A DNA stretch of 64,000 bases from Yuukianura sp. NJ FZ-2021 (lineage: Eukaryota): NCBI GenBank assembly GCA_046563655.1, contig CM102289.1:5456001-5520000 (forward strand), written 5' to 3'. This document shows positions 14,101 to 27,500 of this stretch, one piece after another (positions within the stretch are counted from its first letter, which is position 1; every line of letters starts with the position of its first letter). The translations under genes were made by a program, and so were the position numbers. The notes beneath the pieces are model-generated. The model was given only the letters and a program-made list of their open reading frames with translations. It was not told where the DNA came from and did no database searches.

Positions 14101-16127
14101 TTGAAGAGTTTCGACGAAATTAAATATCATTCAACAGAAAAGGATTTACGGAGAATCACAGATCGCTTTCTTTCTAGTTTCTCTAAGTAGGCGAACGAAA
14201 AATGTTTCTGATGAGGTCCCTTGTGACCTAGTTTTAATTAAAGGGCTAATGATAGCGCGGTACTTTTAAAAATATTTTTTTCAGCGTGACTGGGCTTTTC
14301 GGGGTTGGACTGATGCTTTGAGTCAAAAACAAATGGTGGAAGGTTTAAACTCCTCTACAAATCCATCTCCAAGAACAGCCTTAATTATTAATTAATCAAG
14401 CAGGTCTCCCGGGTATTCGCTTCGAGTTATCCGGCTATTTTGAAACTAAGACGACTCAAATTCTTCTACCCCTCAATGAGCTTCCCTTGAATGAAATTCA
14501 GTGATGGATGTTTTGTTTTTTATTCCCAATTTTTTGACTGGTAACACTACAGTTTTTTATCTCCCGACTGGTGAAAACTACTTCAAGAATTAATTGTTCC
14601 CTTCTTGTTCATTGATTCAAATTCAAATCAATTCCCGCTCAACCCAAAACGAAAAAAGAAAAGAAAAACTCGTCCAAGTTTCTTGTTAGCTGAAGCGAAA
14701 CTGGCTGAAAACGGAGTTTTTGGGATGAAAAAGAAAGTTGTTGGACTCGAGGCATTTTGGGAGGAAAAAGTAAAGGAAAAAATAAAAGTAAAAATGTCCA
14801 GAGGAATGGCTTGGTTTGTAATGGCGAGACTAAGAAGAAGTCTTTGTGGACTTTTCAAAAAAAAGGAAGAAAGTCGCTGAGGAGCCCTTATCGACGAAGA
14901 ACATTTGGGGGGCCCTGCGGCCCTTCTACACTTTCTTTTGAGTTTACGTAAGGAGCGAAGGACTTAAAAGACGAAGGTTCACATAGTAGTTATATCCAGC
15001 AGTAGCAAGAGTGGGTGCCTTTATTACCTCAACCATTAACTCACTAGTGCACCAAAAACCAACCAACTTTCACCCAATTTCCAACCATCCGCAACACGCC
15101 CGCTAAACTTTCACCGTAATTCAAAACTAACCGCCCGCGACTTTTTGGAACGAAAAGGCGAAAGTCACTTACTTTAGTAACTACTGCTGAATCAACTTCA
15201 AACGACCCAGTTCCGTCCCCGCAATTTGAAAAAAAGTGTTCGTTTGCAAAATGGCACCAATGACGCCTCGTTTAAAAGAGCGGCAATTTTGTAAATCAAC
15301 GACTCCAGCGTAAAGATTTCATTGAATTCGGATAGCCTAGGAATAAGAACACCAAATTTCTTTCTTTCCTAAATGCTTCTTTTTTTTCTGTCGAGTTTTT
15401 ACAACGAAAAATAAATACGTATGAGTTCTTCGCTAATCCTCTTTGTAGGTTTCAGCTCAAATTTGGCGCCAATTTTCAAAATTTGCTTCAGATGATTCAA
15501 GCTGCCTTGTTATTTTGTTAGTGCTGGCGAAAATTTGTGTTTGTTGACTTTTGCTAATAAGGTAAGGTAAAAGGCCCTCTTTGAGTTAGGCTCCCTTCTT
15601 ATTAGACTTCTATCTGTTTATGTGCTCCAGTTCCCTTTGAGCGCTGGAGAAACTACTCAACAGATTTGCATGAAAGTTTGATTTCAAAGCGTCCAACTGG
15701 TGGCTTCAAAATTTGCCAAAGGGCGCCAAACTCTGTCGACACCAAAACCAACTCCTAACTCACCGGAAATGAAACGTTGACAAGGTGGTTTTTCGAGTTG
15801 TGTACTCTTGGTATAAACCGCAGAAAGTTTCGATGATGATGACGACGAGTAAAAGTCAAAGTCCAATTTGTGCCAACTTCCTAATTCCCAAAATTTCAAA
15901 ATTTTAATTTCATTTTTGAATTTGTTGCAGGAGAAAATCCGGCTGCGATGCAACATGAGAGTCACAGCACAACCTGTGTCCCCTGCCCACCTCTGTGGTT
16001 CCTGTCTGTTCTTCTGTCACTGACACTTCAAACCATTTTCTACCACTTCCTCGATTGTCGGCAGTTGTCATTCCACGCATCGAATTCAAAACTACAGCCA
16101 AATCTTCTTACAAGAAAGACATCATAG
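2180..16127 (+). CDS. dpr13: Dpr-family (defective proboscis extension response) two-Ig-domain cell-surface protein, most similar to Dpr13; 5'-partial (signal-peptide exon not identified)
   Basis: Exons 2180-2514, 5284-5391, 11038-11146, 11518-11636, 12000-12165, 15931-16127 (TAG), all AG/GT flanked and phase-consistent. Spliced peptide: ...NRTLTAQVNSNALIPCLVKSSAEGVT|VSWIRREVKNYHLLTVGLGTYSSDNRFQVIHAQSPE|DWTLKIRYVQPRDAGVYECSISTHPPSSIFVTLNVV|EAHAEISGGPDKYIKSGSTLRLICDFKLSTEQPEYVFWFQ|GLRMINYDPSRSIEVRHERYSSTLLLNNVQKTDSGNYTCNPSNASPASIFVHIIN|GENPAAMQ... plus a hydrophobic C-terminal segment. VSWIR, HLLTVG..TYSSD.RF, DWTL, D.GVYEC..STHPP.SIF and NPAAM are Dpr/Dpr13-type motifs. The family call is firm; the paralog call is from recall. 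Confidence 0.9.
11824..11927 (+). other. Intronic imperfect stem-loop enclosing a candidate 48-nt cassette microexon (11856-11903) in the dpr gene
   Basis: GCTACG/CGTAGT, GATACAT/ATGTATC and CACTAACTCAGTGG/TTACCGAGTGAGTG pair. The internal segment is flanked by CAG and GTGAGT and is in frame with the neighbouring exons. Confidence 0.45.
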
Positions 16128-16551
16128 CTTTGCATATCTTCCGCATAACACGCATACCGCACGAATCAACTTTTGTGTCATCCCAGTTCCTTAGCCTGAA
16201 AAATCCTCCAAAAGAAAGCTCGAGATCACTTTCACTTTTTGTAGGATTTGAACCTGGTGGCACAAAGGCCAACTTCAAAAAAAAGTTTCTCAAAGAAAAA
16301 GCAGGTCAAGAGGACGACGAACTGGTGGAAAAAGGAGATTATTTTTTTATTCTGCTGTGATGTGATGACAAATACAGAAAAATCGTGCGTTTTACCGGCA
16401 GTTCATAAAACTTTCCATGTTCTAAAAGTTCCACGTGTGTTGAAGTGTGTTCGTGTTTTTAAAAAATAAGATCAATTTGCCAACAAGTCTTTTTTTAAAC
16501 TTCCACCCTTGACATTACTATACCCCCTTTTAGCTGCTTAGTTTAACAAAA

Positions 16552-16566
16552 CAGCGCCATCTACAA
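16552..16566 (-). promoter_or_regulatory. CTCF-like insulator motif
   Basis: Minus strand reads TTGTAGATGGCGCTG, matching the CTCF core (AG[AG][TG]GGCGC); about 420 bp downstream of the dpr stop codon. Confidence 0.5.
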
Positions 16567-19500
16567 CTTCATTTTGTTCGAGAAGCACCAGATTAGCTAC
16601 AGCGACCAAAAGCGAAGTTAATTAATTAAGTCATTAAAAAGTCAACGTTGAATTAATAAGTTAGTATTTATGAGCTGAGAGACGTAGGATACTTTAAGCT
16701 GTAAAAATGTTAGGGTGAAAGCAAGAAGAATTTAGGTGAAGTAATTTGTAAGCTGGTGTAAGTTACACATTCTTGGCTAAATACAAAATGGTACTAATCT
16801 AAATCCAAAAATTACGAGTGTTAATTTAGTAACAAATCAAAAAAGTTTAGTTTAGATTCAAAATAAATTCCATTTCTAAATAAACACCAAAAATTTTGCT
16901 GAACGTTGTTGCGCAGATGAGTAAAATATTGACCTGGCAAGCGCAGCAATTTTAAAATTGGGTCAAAAGCGTCTCAAATTTAATTATCCGATGTCCAGTT
17001 GTGGCGAACTGGGTCAATCACTGACTTTTGTGAAAGATGAAGTTTGGGGAAGAGTTTGAACAAATTTCAGTTTGAACGACGACTGAATGACTTTCTCTCC
17101 AATACCCATCACTATGTGTCAACTGTGTCCAAAAAAGTACAGAATGGGTATCCATGATGCTGGAAAAGTAGGGCACTACATATTACTCCATTAAAAAGTT
17201 GTACTGAGGGTCCGTTAGTGCGATCGACCTAAAGTTCTGAGGGTTACCAAAATAAACAAGACGAAAGGCGCGCAAGGCTATTGAAATTGATGGAGGAAAT
17301 GTCGTTGTCGTCGCCTCTGAATTTGAAAAGTTTTTTTTTAAACTTCAAAGTTGAAATTCAATTGCGAGGTTCTAAAGAAAAAAAAACTTTTTTACTGACA
17401 AAAGTTTACAATGGAGGAACAGTGGAAGTTGTCCTTGTGGTTTTGGACTTCTACTTAAAATTGGTTCTCAAAATTTGAAATTAGAGCGCCAAAGACACAG
17501 AAGCGGTTTTCCGTGTTGGTTCCGATTAGAAATCGGTTTGATCTTCCCATGTTGAAAGCTCGCGGGCTCACTTGGCACTCCCGGCTGAAAAGCATCCAAC
17601 TCCCAACTAATTTCCATGTAAATTGCCTTCTATCTTCTGTCCCTAATCGCCTCCTTTTCTTCTTTAAAGTACCAGAATTTGAAAAGCGCCAAAAGAAAAA
17701 AGAAGAAAAACGCCCATTTTCCAACTGAAAAGTTCTGGCGCCCAGTTTAACAAACGAACTTCCGGATTGAAATGTTTTGTCCACGCTCTTCAACAACTTG
17801 TTTGTTTTGACTGAACAAAGGATGGAGCGGGAAAGATGAGTGACTTGCTTTAAAAAATGCGGGAAATTACATGAATTAAGTATTAATGAATTAGCGTAAA
17901 AGTTTTAGCTACTGCTTATAAACTATATGTTAATAGCCCAGTTTAACTTAAAACAAGTTAAACAATTTTTAAACCCGCATTTTCTATCCTTCGTGGCACT
18001 AATGCGGAAGAATATGTTTCCAAAATTTCGACGCGGAAAGTTTGAATTTGTGGCGGTTTTAGATTTGAGAACGAAAGGATCCAATCAAATTAAGAATCCA
18101 ATTTCCACTTTCACTCGATTTTTCTTTTTCGCACATTTTCTCTATTTCCGAATCCAAAAATCTTGGAAATTTTCCGGATCAGATTCAATTTCATGCAATA
18201 ATTTTGAGAACCTTCCCCCAAGAGCGACGCGAAGATCAAAGGGCGTGAACGACCTGTCAAAAATCCAAAGAAAAAATCTCTACAACCGAAAAAATGAACG
18301 GAAAGTTTTTCCTTGCTAGCGGAACATTTGAATTGAAAAAGTTGAAGTTTGAGGACATGACAGGGGAAGAGGCGGCTGGTGACAAAAATCTGCTTAGAAA
18401 GCGCACCGCCAAAGATTTTTCATGTGAATTTTCACTACCGTGGCTAAAGTGCCTTTCATTAACAAAAACCCAACACCAACTGTCACCAACCAGGCTCTAG
18501 ACATTTTCACTCTTTTTAATGACGCTGAATTTAAAAATATGAATGCTGAACTACTTCTCAAAAAATGGACCACTTAGAAACAGATGACAGCGTGTCAAAA
18601 TTATCTCTTGACGCAAATTAGTGTAAGATTAGAAGCGAAATGCACAAGACAAAAGGAAATTGAGCTCTACTTTTCTCGCTGGATTTAAACAATTTTGTCC
18701 ATTACCATATCCGGGAATGTTGAGCATTGATTTTGAAAAAATTGCAGAATTCAAGATAAATTTGGGAAAAACAAAAACTAATAACGCAAGTCTTTCTTTT
18801 CTACTTGCGGACTTTTTAAAGCAAAACGTTAGATTGTACTTCCAGCTTAAGAAATAGGCACAACAATAATGAAAAAGTGAAACGTAAGTTATTTTTGTCT
18901 TTGCGCATTAAAAATTGGCACTTATTTCCGCTTTAACAAAGTTTTTGTAAATGAGGTTTGGACTGCATTAAATCCGGAATGAAAGTGTAAGATTTTCACG
19001 ACTCTTCCTGAAGATGATTAAGTGTGAGGAGTACAAGGTTTGAATTTGAATGGAAGAAAGGGCGCGAAAGTTTGAATGGAAAAACGCTGGAGACAGTGTC
19101 ATCCGTCTCCTGTCATCTTTTCTTCTAGAAATATTTCAAAAAATAAGCAAAAGTGTTGGCAGTGGGAACAAAGAGAAGGATTCCCATTTGGAGAATTATT
19201 TTATTCAGATTGGTACTTTGGAAAACGACGCTTCAGAAGAGCTGTACAAAATTGAACCTACTTTCAGTTTGCAGTTGATATTTATCTACGGTTTGTTTTT
19301 GAATTTCGTTTCAAACTGGAAATTAAACTGTATAATTCTACACATCGTTGTAATTAAGCAAATTGGCACCAAAGCAGCGTTAGTCAAGCGATGTGTTGCA
19401 AAATCCCTTTTCATTTCCTCTTCCACTCTCCTAGTTTGCTTCATAATTTCATTTATTAGTCGACGATTTCGTCATGTCAGACGAACTCATCGAAACGGAA

Positions 19501-22389
19501 GCAGACCACATACTAGGATCAAATTTTGGTGTTTGAGATTTTCACCAACTTTGCAAACCTTTTCAATTAGGATACATTCAATATAAGGTTGAACAAATTT
19601 GGAAATTTTGAAACCAAAAAAGTACATTAACTTTTCTTTGCTGCAAAATGCATGTGTTGGAAAAACACGGGTGCTAAAATTTTGTGTTTTAAAATAAACG
19701 TGTATAAAAACACCACGTCTTAACTGTATCCTGAAAACAAACAGTTCCATTAGACTCTAGTGTAAAAATCAATTATTTGCTTTTCGAAAACTACGTAAGA
19801 TAGCCCGAAGTGTTTTTCAAATCTGATTTTATACTACTTTCTGCTGGAACTGTGAGAAAACGTGCAATTTTTTTGAAAATACAACGCCTGCATGTCTCAA
19901 CAAATTCAACACATTTTGAAAGGTCACTGCATAGCTCAGGGCTACCTAAAATGCACACATCCAGCTACCAAGGTCCTCTTAACTCGTAGGTTAAGTTCAA
20001 ACTAAAGGTCAAAGGTCATGTTTGCCATGAAGCCACATTAGTTACGGTGTGACTCTTTTTAATAATGTTGCCACCAAGAGACAAAGGAAATGAAAAGTGG
20101 AGACAGAAAATCCGCTTTCCCTGCGGTGATGCAACAGTCTGACTGTCAATCGGAGGATATTAAATTCAAAGAAACAAGTAGGAATCAATCCTCTCCATGT
20201 TTCTCACTTTTGTTTGAACATGTTCAAACACAAGAACTAAAACAAAAGTCAGTAGACGAGGGAATTCCCACTTGTTCCGCTCTGCCGTCACTCCACTTTT
20301 TTCATCGAAGTGTCGTCTGGGGTGCTTAGAAGAGACCCCTGCAGAAAAGTCAGTGTTAAGTTGACAGGAATTGAAGCCAATTTGTTACCCTTTGACACTT
20401 TGGTTGGAATTTAATACAACATACGACACCTAAATCTTTGTAACGAACATCAATCGAATCCCGCCAAATCAACTGACAGACACTTTTTTTCAATTTCGAG
20501 TCAAAATCACAGTGTTTGAAAAAAACTCAACCGGATTTCTTACAATTTTTGGTTGAATTTGAATGTGGGTAGGTTTCGAAGCAACTCTGACTTTGTTACA
20601 TTTTATTTAGTTTTCTTCAGTCGTGCTTTTAGTTTAGGTTTTCAGTGTTTTGAAATTTCAGAATTTTTCGTTTCAAATTTTGAAAAACAGGCGGAACGAA
20701 AAGGTTGTTAACTTTTGAAATTGATGAAGTGTCCACTGCCCCATGGAGTTGATTACGGGCTTTAAGTTGCGGGAGAAAGTAGCTTTCAGTTCAGAAAAAG
20801 TGAAAGTGTCAAGTGGGAAATCCACTTCTGTGGACATTGTTCCAAGTCCATTACTCACCTACAAGTCAATTGGGTGGAAATCACTGGAGTCAGCGATTTC
20901 AGAGCCTAATGTCTTACCGGTTCATAGCTTTAACATCAAACACAAAGGAGCTGTAATAAACAAAGTTTTCATGAAATTTAAACCAGGAATTTGATTCTAT
21001 CGTGCTTTTTTTTCAGAAAAGAGTTTCATTTGGTAGGCAAGGTTAGGCTAACTCCACATGATAAACGACTTGACTTATACCTAACACTGCCATGCCGGGT
21101 TTAGAGGTGTTCCAGGCTAAAGTGAAAGCAGAGACAATCGCTTGTGCGATCCACATTATTCCGTGTCTTACTTAATCCTCCATGCAGATCCTTCAGCCCT
21201 TCCACTTTCTCCACTTCAGAAATAAATAAAGTGAACTGAAGTTCCATTTTTGCTAGGCTAAACTAAAATTAAGTGTCTTAGAACTGTACAACTTTTAGAA
21301 ATTTTATATATTTTATCCAATTTTAAAATCAGTTTAAATTATGTACTGGTCTACTGGTTTTGCAATTCTAATTCTTTTAACAGCGATGGAAATATTTTGA
21401 AGGTAGTTTTGACTTGGTATAAGCGTCAAGGTACAGTAACCTATTTATGTAACATAGTTTCAACTGTTAAGAAAAAAGATTTTCCAAATTTGAAATGGAG
21501 AGTCAGTGAAAGTTAACTAGGGGAAGTGGCAACGCGATTTAACCGTGTCAGTTAAAGGAATTTAGAGCTTTTTCGAATTTCAAAATTTCCGTGCTCCATT
21601 TGTTTGAATTTGAATCCCGAAAGCGCGGCAAGAGGATTTTGCATCATCTGCTGAAAAGGAGGCATATGCCGCCTGTCGCATGTCGGCATCATGTCATGCT
21701 CAAATATTTTGGCACAAACAGTAAGTCGGCACTGCGTACTCCACTGAGAAATGGTTGCAAATAATTTCTCTAAAAGTAGTAGCAGCACATGCTGACTTTC
21801 TACTATATACTTTTCTTAATGAATTATTCACACGCAGTGAAAGCCAGCCCACAGATTTCCTTCTGCTTTGTTAATGAATATTCATGTTATGCCTAAAGAA
21901 AGTTAGACATGTTGACGACAACCGTCCGCGTTTGAATTTTCCCTCCACTTTCAAAATACTACGCGTCACATGAAATGACGAAAGGATTTAGAGTAATGGA
22001 TACAACAACAGCGTCAGCTTCAAAGATGTGTCTGACAATTGAGACATTTTTAATTATTCTCTTAAGATAAATGATGCTGTTCCAGAAATTTCCGAATATT
22101 GTCAAACACATAGTACGTTTTCCCAGAAATTTTTGAACTGTTGAGAAAAATTTTCAAAAATTTAGTTTTAGAACTTTCATTTTAGTTCTAAATCCATTTA
22201 TCCAGAAAAAGTTTGCATCCCCTACCTTCAGAATGGGATCACCAGTCTATCAAAGTGCAATCTCAAAATGATAACATTACTACTCGACCTAGTGACCTCC
22301 TTTTTGAAATTTCAAGCAAAATACGGAATATAACACAATTGGATGCGGCTTCGGTGATTAAAAAAACTTTAACCTTTTTTTTTTCAAAA

Positions 22390-23041
22390 ATGAATCTGTT
22401 TCGTTTTGGAATTGTTTTGCTTTGTGTTTCAAAAAGTTTTGGCGAAGATGAAGTTCTGGTTCCTGGAGTTTACAGAATCATCGGCGCAGAGGGAGAAGCC
22501 GTAAGACAACATTCAAAAATGAAGTTAAAAAAAAACTTTCGAATTTTGAAATAAAAGATACAAAATCGGAACGTTTTGAACAGTCAATGACAACAGAGCC
22601 AGAACAGGACAATGCCTTGAGCAAAGTATCGATGAAATACTGGAATGGAACGACTGTACCTGCGCAGGAGTGGATTGTCAGCGTTTCACAGCATCAGAAT
22701 GAAGTCTATTCACTCCTTAATTCTGCTGTTTCAAATAACGTAATTTCCCGAGTAGAGCGAGAAGGAAATCTTCGTTTCTGGAAATTAAACACAATCGGAC
22801 GAGGAAGTGATGTGAGGCAACTGGAAGATGCCGACAGTGGCCAATGCTTGACACGGTAAATCTAAAAACACAAATAAACATTAAAAACCAAAATTTTCGT
22901 TTTTTAAAAGTGATAAATTTTACAGTTTCTTACATTTTTTTTACAATCAGGTTGGGCGTTACAGTTTATGACGAAGGATCACCCTGCGACAGTCAAGCCC
23001 AAAGTCAACACTGGAAATTCTTATTCATACGAAACGAATAA
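22390..23041 (+). CDS. Small secreted beta-trefoil / ricin-B-like (QxW) protein, about 157 aa
   Basis: Exons 22390-22500, 22584-22855, 22951-23041 (TAA); introns of 83 and 95 nt, GT..AG, phases 0 and 2. Protein: MNLFRFGIVLLCVSKSFG (signal-peptide-like) EDEVLVPGVYRIIGAEGEASMTTEPEQDNALSKVSMKYWNGTTVPAQEWIVSVSQHQNEVYSLLNSAVSNNVISRVEREGNLRFWKLNTIGRGSDVRQLEDADSGQCLTRLGVTVYDEGSPCDSQAQSQHWKFLFIRNE. It has three spaced (Q)xW motifs (QEW, RFW, QHW), an N-terminal PGxYRI strand and SGQCL...C...QHW. The fold call is inference. Confidence 0.75.
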
Positions 23042-24543
23042 ATTTTTCTTTGTGAATTTTTCGAAAAGCATGTTTTTAGCAGACTTCAATTTTTTTTTAA
23101 TTTACCATTTGATAATACATACAATTTCCCTCTTTTCAATTTCTAAATGTTTTGTTAAGCAAATTACAATAATTCAAATTTTCTTATAGCAATTTAATAA
23201 CCAACCTTAATGCCAAACATATTTTCTTTTCCTTTCAAAAGTGAAATGTTTCCTTTGTTTTTAGTAGCCTAAAAATGGAGTCTCTCAAAAATCTCATTAC
23301 CAGCACTTGAAAAGCTAATAATGATGAAAAACAAACAATTAACATATAATAATTGTAATTAAATTACAATTAATCGATTAGTGCCCACTCCCATTCTTAA
23401 ATTCAAATCGAAATCAATAATTAAGCATAGCGATAAGCCAAAAGTGTTTTCATGTCGTGTGAAATTAGACAAACTGTACAAGAAACTTTTGCCTTAAAAA
23501 TTATCATGATTAACCAAATACTGGCAAGTAGGAAACAATTTTTTAGAAAATCCTAAAAACTTAAATTTAACACAAAGTTAATTTTTAATACTAATCCAAT
23601 TTAGCACTAACTGCAACTTCCCCTCTAGAACAAAAAATTAATCAGAGCATGTGATCAGTTTTAAAATGGATGAAATATTGACAAAAATGAAACAAAAATG
23701 ATTCAAAAACGAAACTCAATTTTTTTCTGTTCTGTTTTATTAAATGCCGGAAATCAATTCACTTTTCGTCCGTTTTTTTCCTAGGTAAGGTTGAATTTTT
23801 ACATTATATTTTAAGAAGCTGGAGAGAAAATCTAAGTTTGAGAAAACGAGAAAAAAAAATTAAACTAAAAAACTGCTTTTTAATCCTAAATTTTAGTAAG
23901 AGTTAAACCTGGAGTTTTAAACGTCTCCACTTCAAACACCCACGACACAAAATGTACGCCTCAAAACGACAGAAAAATCTGATTTAAAAACTACAGAAAT
24001 AGATTATTATTATTACCTAATTTAATGTATAGACTCCAGGCTACAAAAGTTACGTTGTCTTACAAAGTAGTTTCCACTTAACAATTAAGTTTTCTTTTAC
24101 CTTCTTCCTTCACTCACCTTTTGTTTGAAATTGTTGTGAAATCAGTTTAAATTAAATTAACAGAAAATAAATCCTTACAAATGTAGAATTTTAGTACAAA
24201 AAAAATTCTGCATTGCAAGAACTTTGACTTGGACAAAAAAAAACGTAAGAAGGAAGAGGGCATAGGTTTTGAACAAAAGTTTCTACTACAATGGGAAAAT
24301 TTTAAATCTAAACGGGGAAAAGTGAGTGACAAAGTTCATTTAAATTTTTTGTCAGCACAAACTCACCGCGAAAAACGTAATTCTTCCTTCAAACTTTTCT
24401 TGTTCAACAGTCCACACTTTTACTCACAGTTTGAAGTCAGACGGTCGATTAGTAAATGAGGGGTGATGTAATCTGGCCATTTTTTGATGTTGAGGGAAAA
24501 CAAAAAGAAAATAATTTATAGCAGTGGCAGAGACGGTGACGTT

Positions 24544-27500
24544 TTAGTTTCCACTCCAATATTGCTGCTGAGCATACTGTTGCTTTCCTCCTTTGGGTTG
24601 ACCTCCTTGTCGTTGTCCAGTGTTTCCATCCTAAATACAAATCAAAATCAAATTAAGTTTCAAACTTTTGGCAACTATTGTTTGCATGAAATAAATCTCA
24701 ACTCATGGAGAGTGAAATTAGAAGATCAAAAGATATGTAAAACAAGAATAAAAATGAAGGAATGTAACCGATTGAAAAAAGTGGTAAAGAAAAACGAGTA
24801 AAGAAATAAAATAAAATTAGAAAAAGTGAGTTGAGAAAATATGAAAATAAAATTAAAAAAATCAAAGAAAACAAAAAAGAAGAGACTTGAAACATAATGT
24901 GAGGCAGTACAGCAGGAGCCTGTGTCATGTAGACGTTGTACGGCGTTCCCATTCCTGTTCCACCAAGTTGATTTGCCTGTCCCATTGAATTGTATCCAGA
25001 AGACGAGCCACTGCCATACTGCTGTTGCTTTTCGTAAGGCTACAAACAAGAAATAAAACAAATTAAAGCTGAATCATGCGATACTTTATCTAAAAATGCT
25101 ATCACTCACGTTGTTCATCTTGTTGAGATGCGGTTTGTTTCCGTAAATGGACGAACTCATGTCAGTCGATTGTTGTGAGCTTCCGGCGGTTGAGACGGAG
25201 CCTTTAGCTCCTGTTCCACCAGTACTGTTGGGTCCACCACTTCCAGTTCCAGTACTCGAAGAGTACGTGTTCTTGTTCACATAGTCAGTGACACCGGTAA
25301 TTCCAGTCTGCTGCGCAGAAGTGTCGTATGGATTGATGTAAGAGTTTCCATAGGATACTCCCTTGTTTTGGTACTGATGATTGGACACTGTGTGTGGAGC
25401 ACCGGTGGGATTGTTCGGAGTGACCAAGCCCGTTGTCGGGTACATCTGAGGAGGGGCGTACTGAGCAAAGGCTCCAGGATGAACCATCGGATTGTTTCCG
25501 ACGTAGTAGTAGCCTCCTCCTTGTGGAATATTGTACATTGGCGTAGTTGCCTGACCAGGAAGATTTGAAGGCACCGGGGAAGCAGCGGAACTATCAGAGC
25601 GAGAAAACCTAGCATCAGAGCCAGGATAAGACTGCAATGAAGATCCATCAGTTCGTCCTGAACCACCAGGAGCTAAAATCAAATCAAAAATATTAAAATT
25701 ATTGAATTCAACTCATTTACAGACTTGATTTTTCTAAAATGTTCACAATTGATATCAAATAAAGAAAACTTACTAAAACTTGAAGCATTCGCATCAAAGT
25801 AGCTGGCCGCGAGAGCAGGGTGTGGAAGTCTCGGCAGGAATTGCACTTGATTTTCATCATAGCTATACATAGGACCCTGGAATCCATACATTGGAACGCC
25901 TTGAATAGCTCCTTGGTTGACAATGTATCCCTGCGGAGGGTACACCATTCCTGGTGGCATTGATCCCGCCGTTGCACCAGCTCCCACCCCACCAGTCGTG
26001 GTAGTTTGTTGTTTGGAATTTGTACTCCCTGCAGTAGAAACATTTGATGAGATCTTCCCACTGGCACCACTTGATGCTGCATTCCCTTCAATTCACAAGC
26101 ACAACCATGCAATTGTTAGCTTCATGTTACTTCATCCAGTTACATATTCAAGTAAAACCTCAAAATATTGAGGTCCCAGTCGCTGAAAATGAGATCAAAT
26201 ATTATAAAAAATTCACCTTGTAAGCCCGATGAACCCAACTGAGCCGTAGACGTAGTTGGTGCTGATGTATTGGAACTTCCAATATCATTCACAGTCTCTT
26301 TTCCTCCCTGCTGCAACTGACCGGAAGAACCCATTTGGTTCATCTTCTGGTATGGATTGGGGTTGTACGATGCGGCACTCACATTGTAACTAAAAAACAT
26401 AAAAAAAAAGGATAACAAAAAATTAACAACTCCAAATCAATTGATGTTTGTTAAAGTTGAGCATGTAATTTGGTTAAAAAAACTTACGCAACGGAATTAG
26501 GAATGGTAATGGTACTAGCACTTTGATAAGGAATTCCCGCAGGTACGCCATACGTTGATGTTGTGTTGCTCAGTTGAGTCAAGTTTTGATTAGGAATCGT
26601 CTGACCAGGCATGTGTGACGGCTGGACAGAAGCAGACACAATTGGAAGTGACCCATACGTTGACATCCCCATTCCATAACCCGAAGAGGGTTGTTGGGTA
26701 TGTGTCATTATCATTGACGGTTGCGATCCGTATCCGATTTGACCAGTTGGAATTGCGTTGTAAGCTCCAGGGCCTGATACATTAGAAACGTTAATTATTA
26801 TACCCATTAAGTAAGTTTTCCCAAAGTCGGAAAATGTGTAAAACAAATCGTTATTTGTACTCACCAGTTTGTTGTGTTTGGGACATCACTGGTGGAAATC
26901 CTGGCGCTGGAAAACCAGGAGCTGGTTTAGTGTTGTAGGTCACAAAGGCTGATCCATGGCTGATACCAACGGCTGCTGCATTGGTGTATGACGATGCTTG
27001 TTGATGAGATTGTGTGGCAGGGATTTTGGAACCTTGATTTTGTGATTGCACAGATGAAAGTCCACTCATCTGTTGATTTTCCAGGTTTGCAGGCGAAATG
27101 GGAACAGACTTTGACATTGAATCTGACATGAGAGGACCGGAATTTGACTGTTGTTGTTGTTGCATCTGAGATGATCCACGTTGTTGCTGGTTTTGGAATG
27201 CTGCGCCAGGGTCGCCCTGCTGCTGATTACTTACTGACTTGTTTTGTCCCATTTCCTTTTCAACGTTGGATACTTGCTGACCATAGTTATCCATTGACTG
27301 CTGCCCCACACCACTGTACATCATATCACCACTTCCACCAAGTTTGCTTGAGTTATGCTGCTGAACCACAGAATTGAATGTAGATCCAGTCGTTCCAAAA
27401 TCTAATCCACCGAATTGGACATCCAATTTAGCAACAGAATCGTCTGGCATTTCTACACCGGTTGTAGGAATCTGCATATAATATAAAATGAAACAGCGAA

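Noticed and set aside
19050..19586. 178-aa plus-strand ORF with hydrophobic stretches
   Set aside because: F/I/K/L-rich composition typical of AT-rich non-coding DNA; no motif or splice structure.
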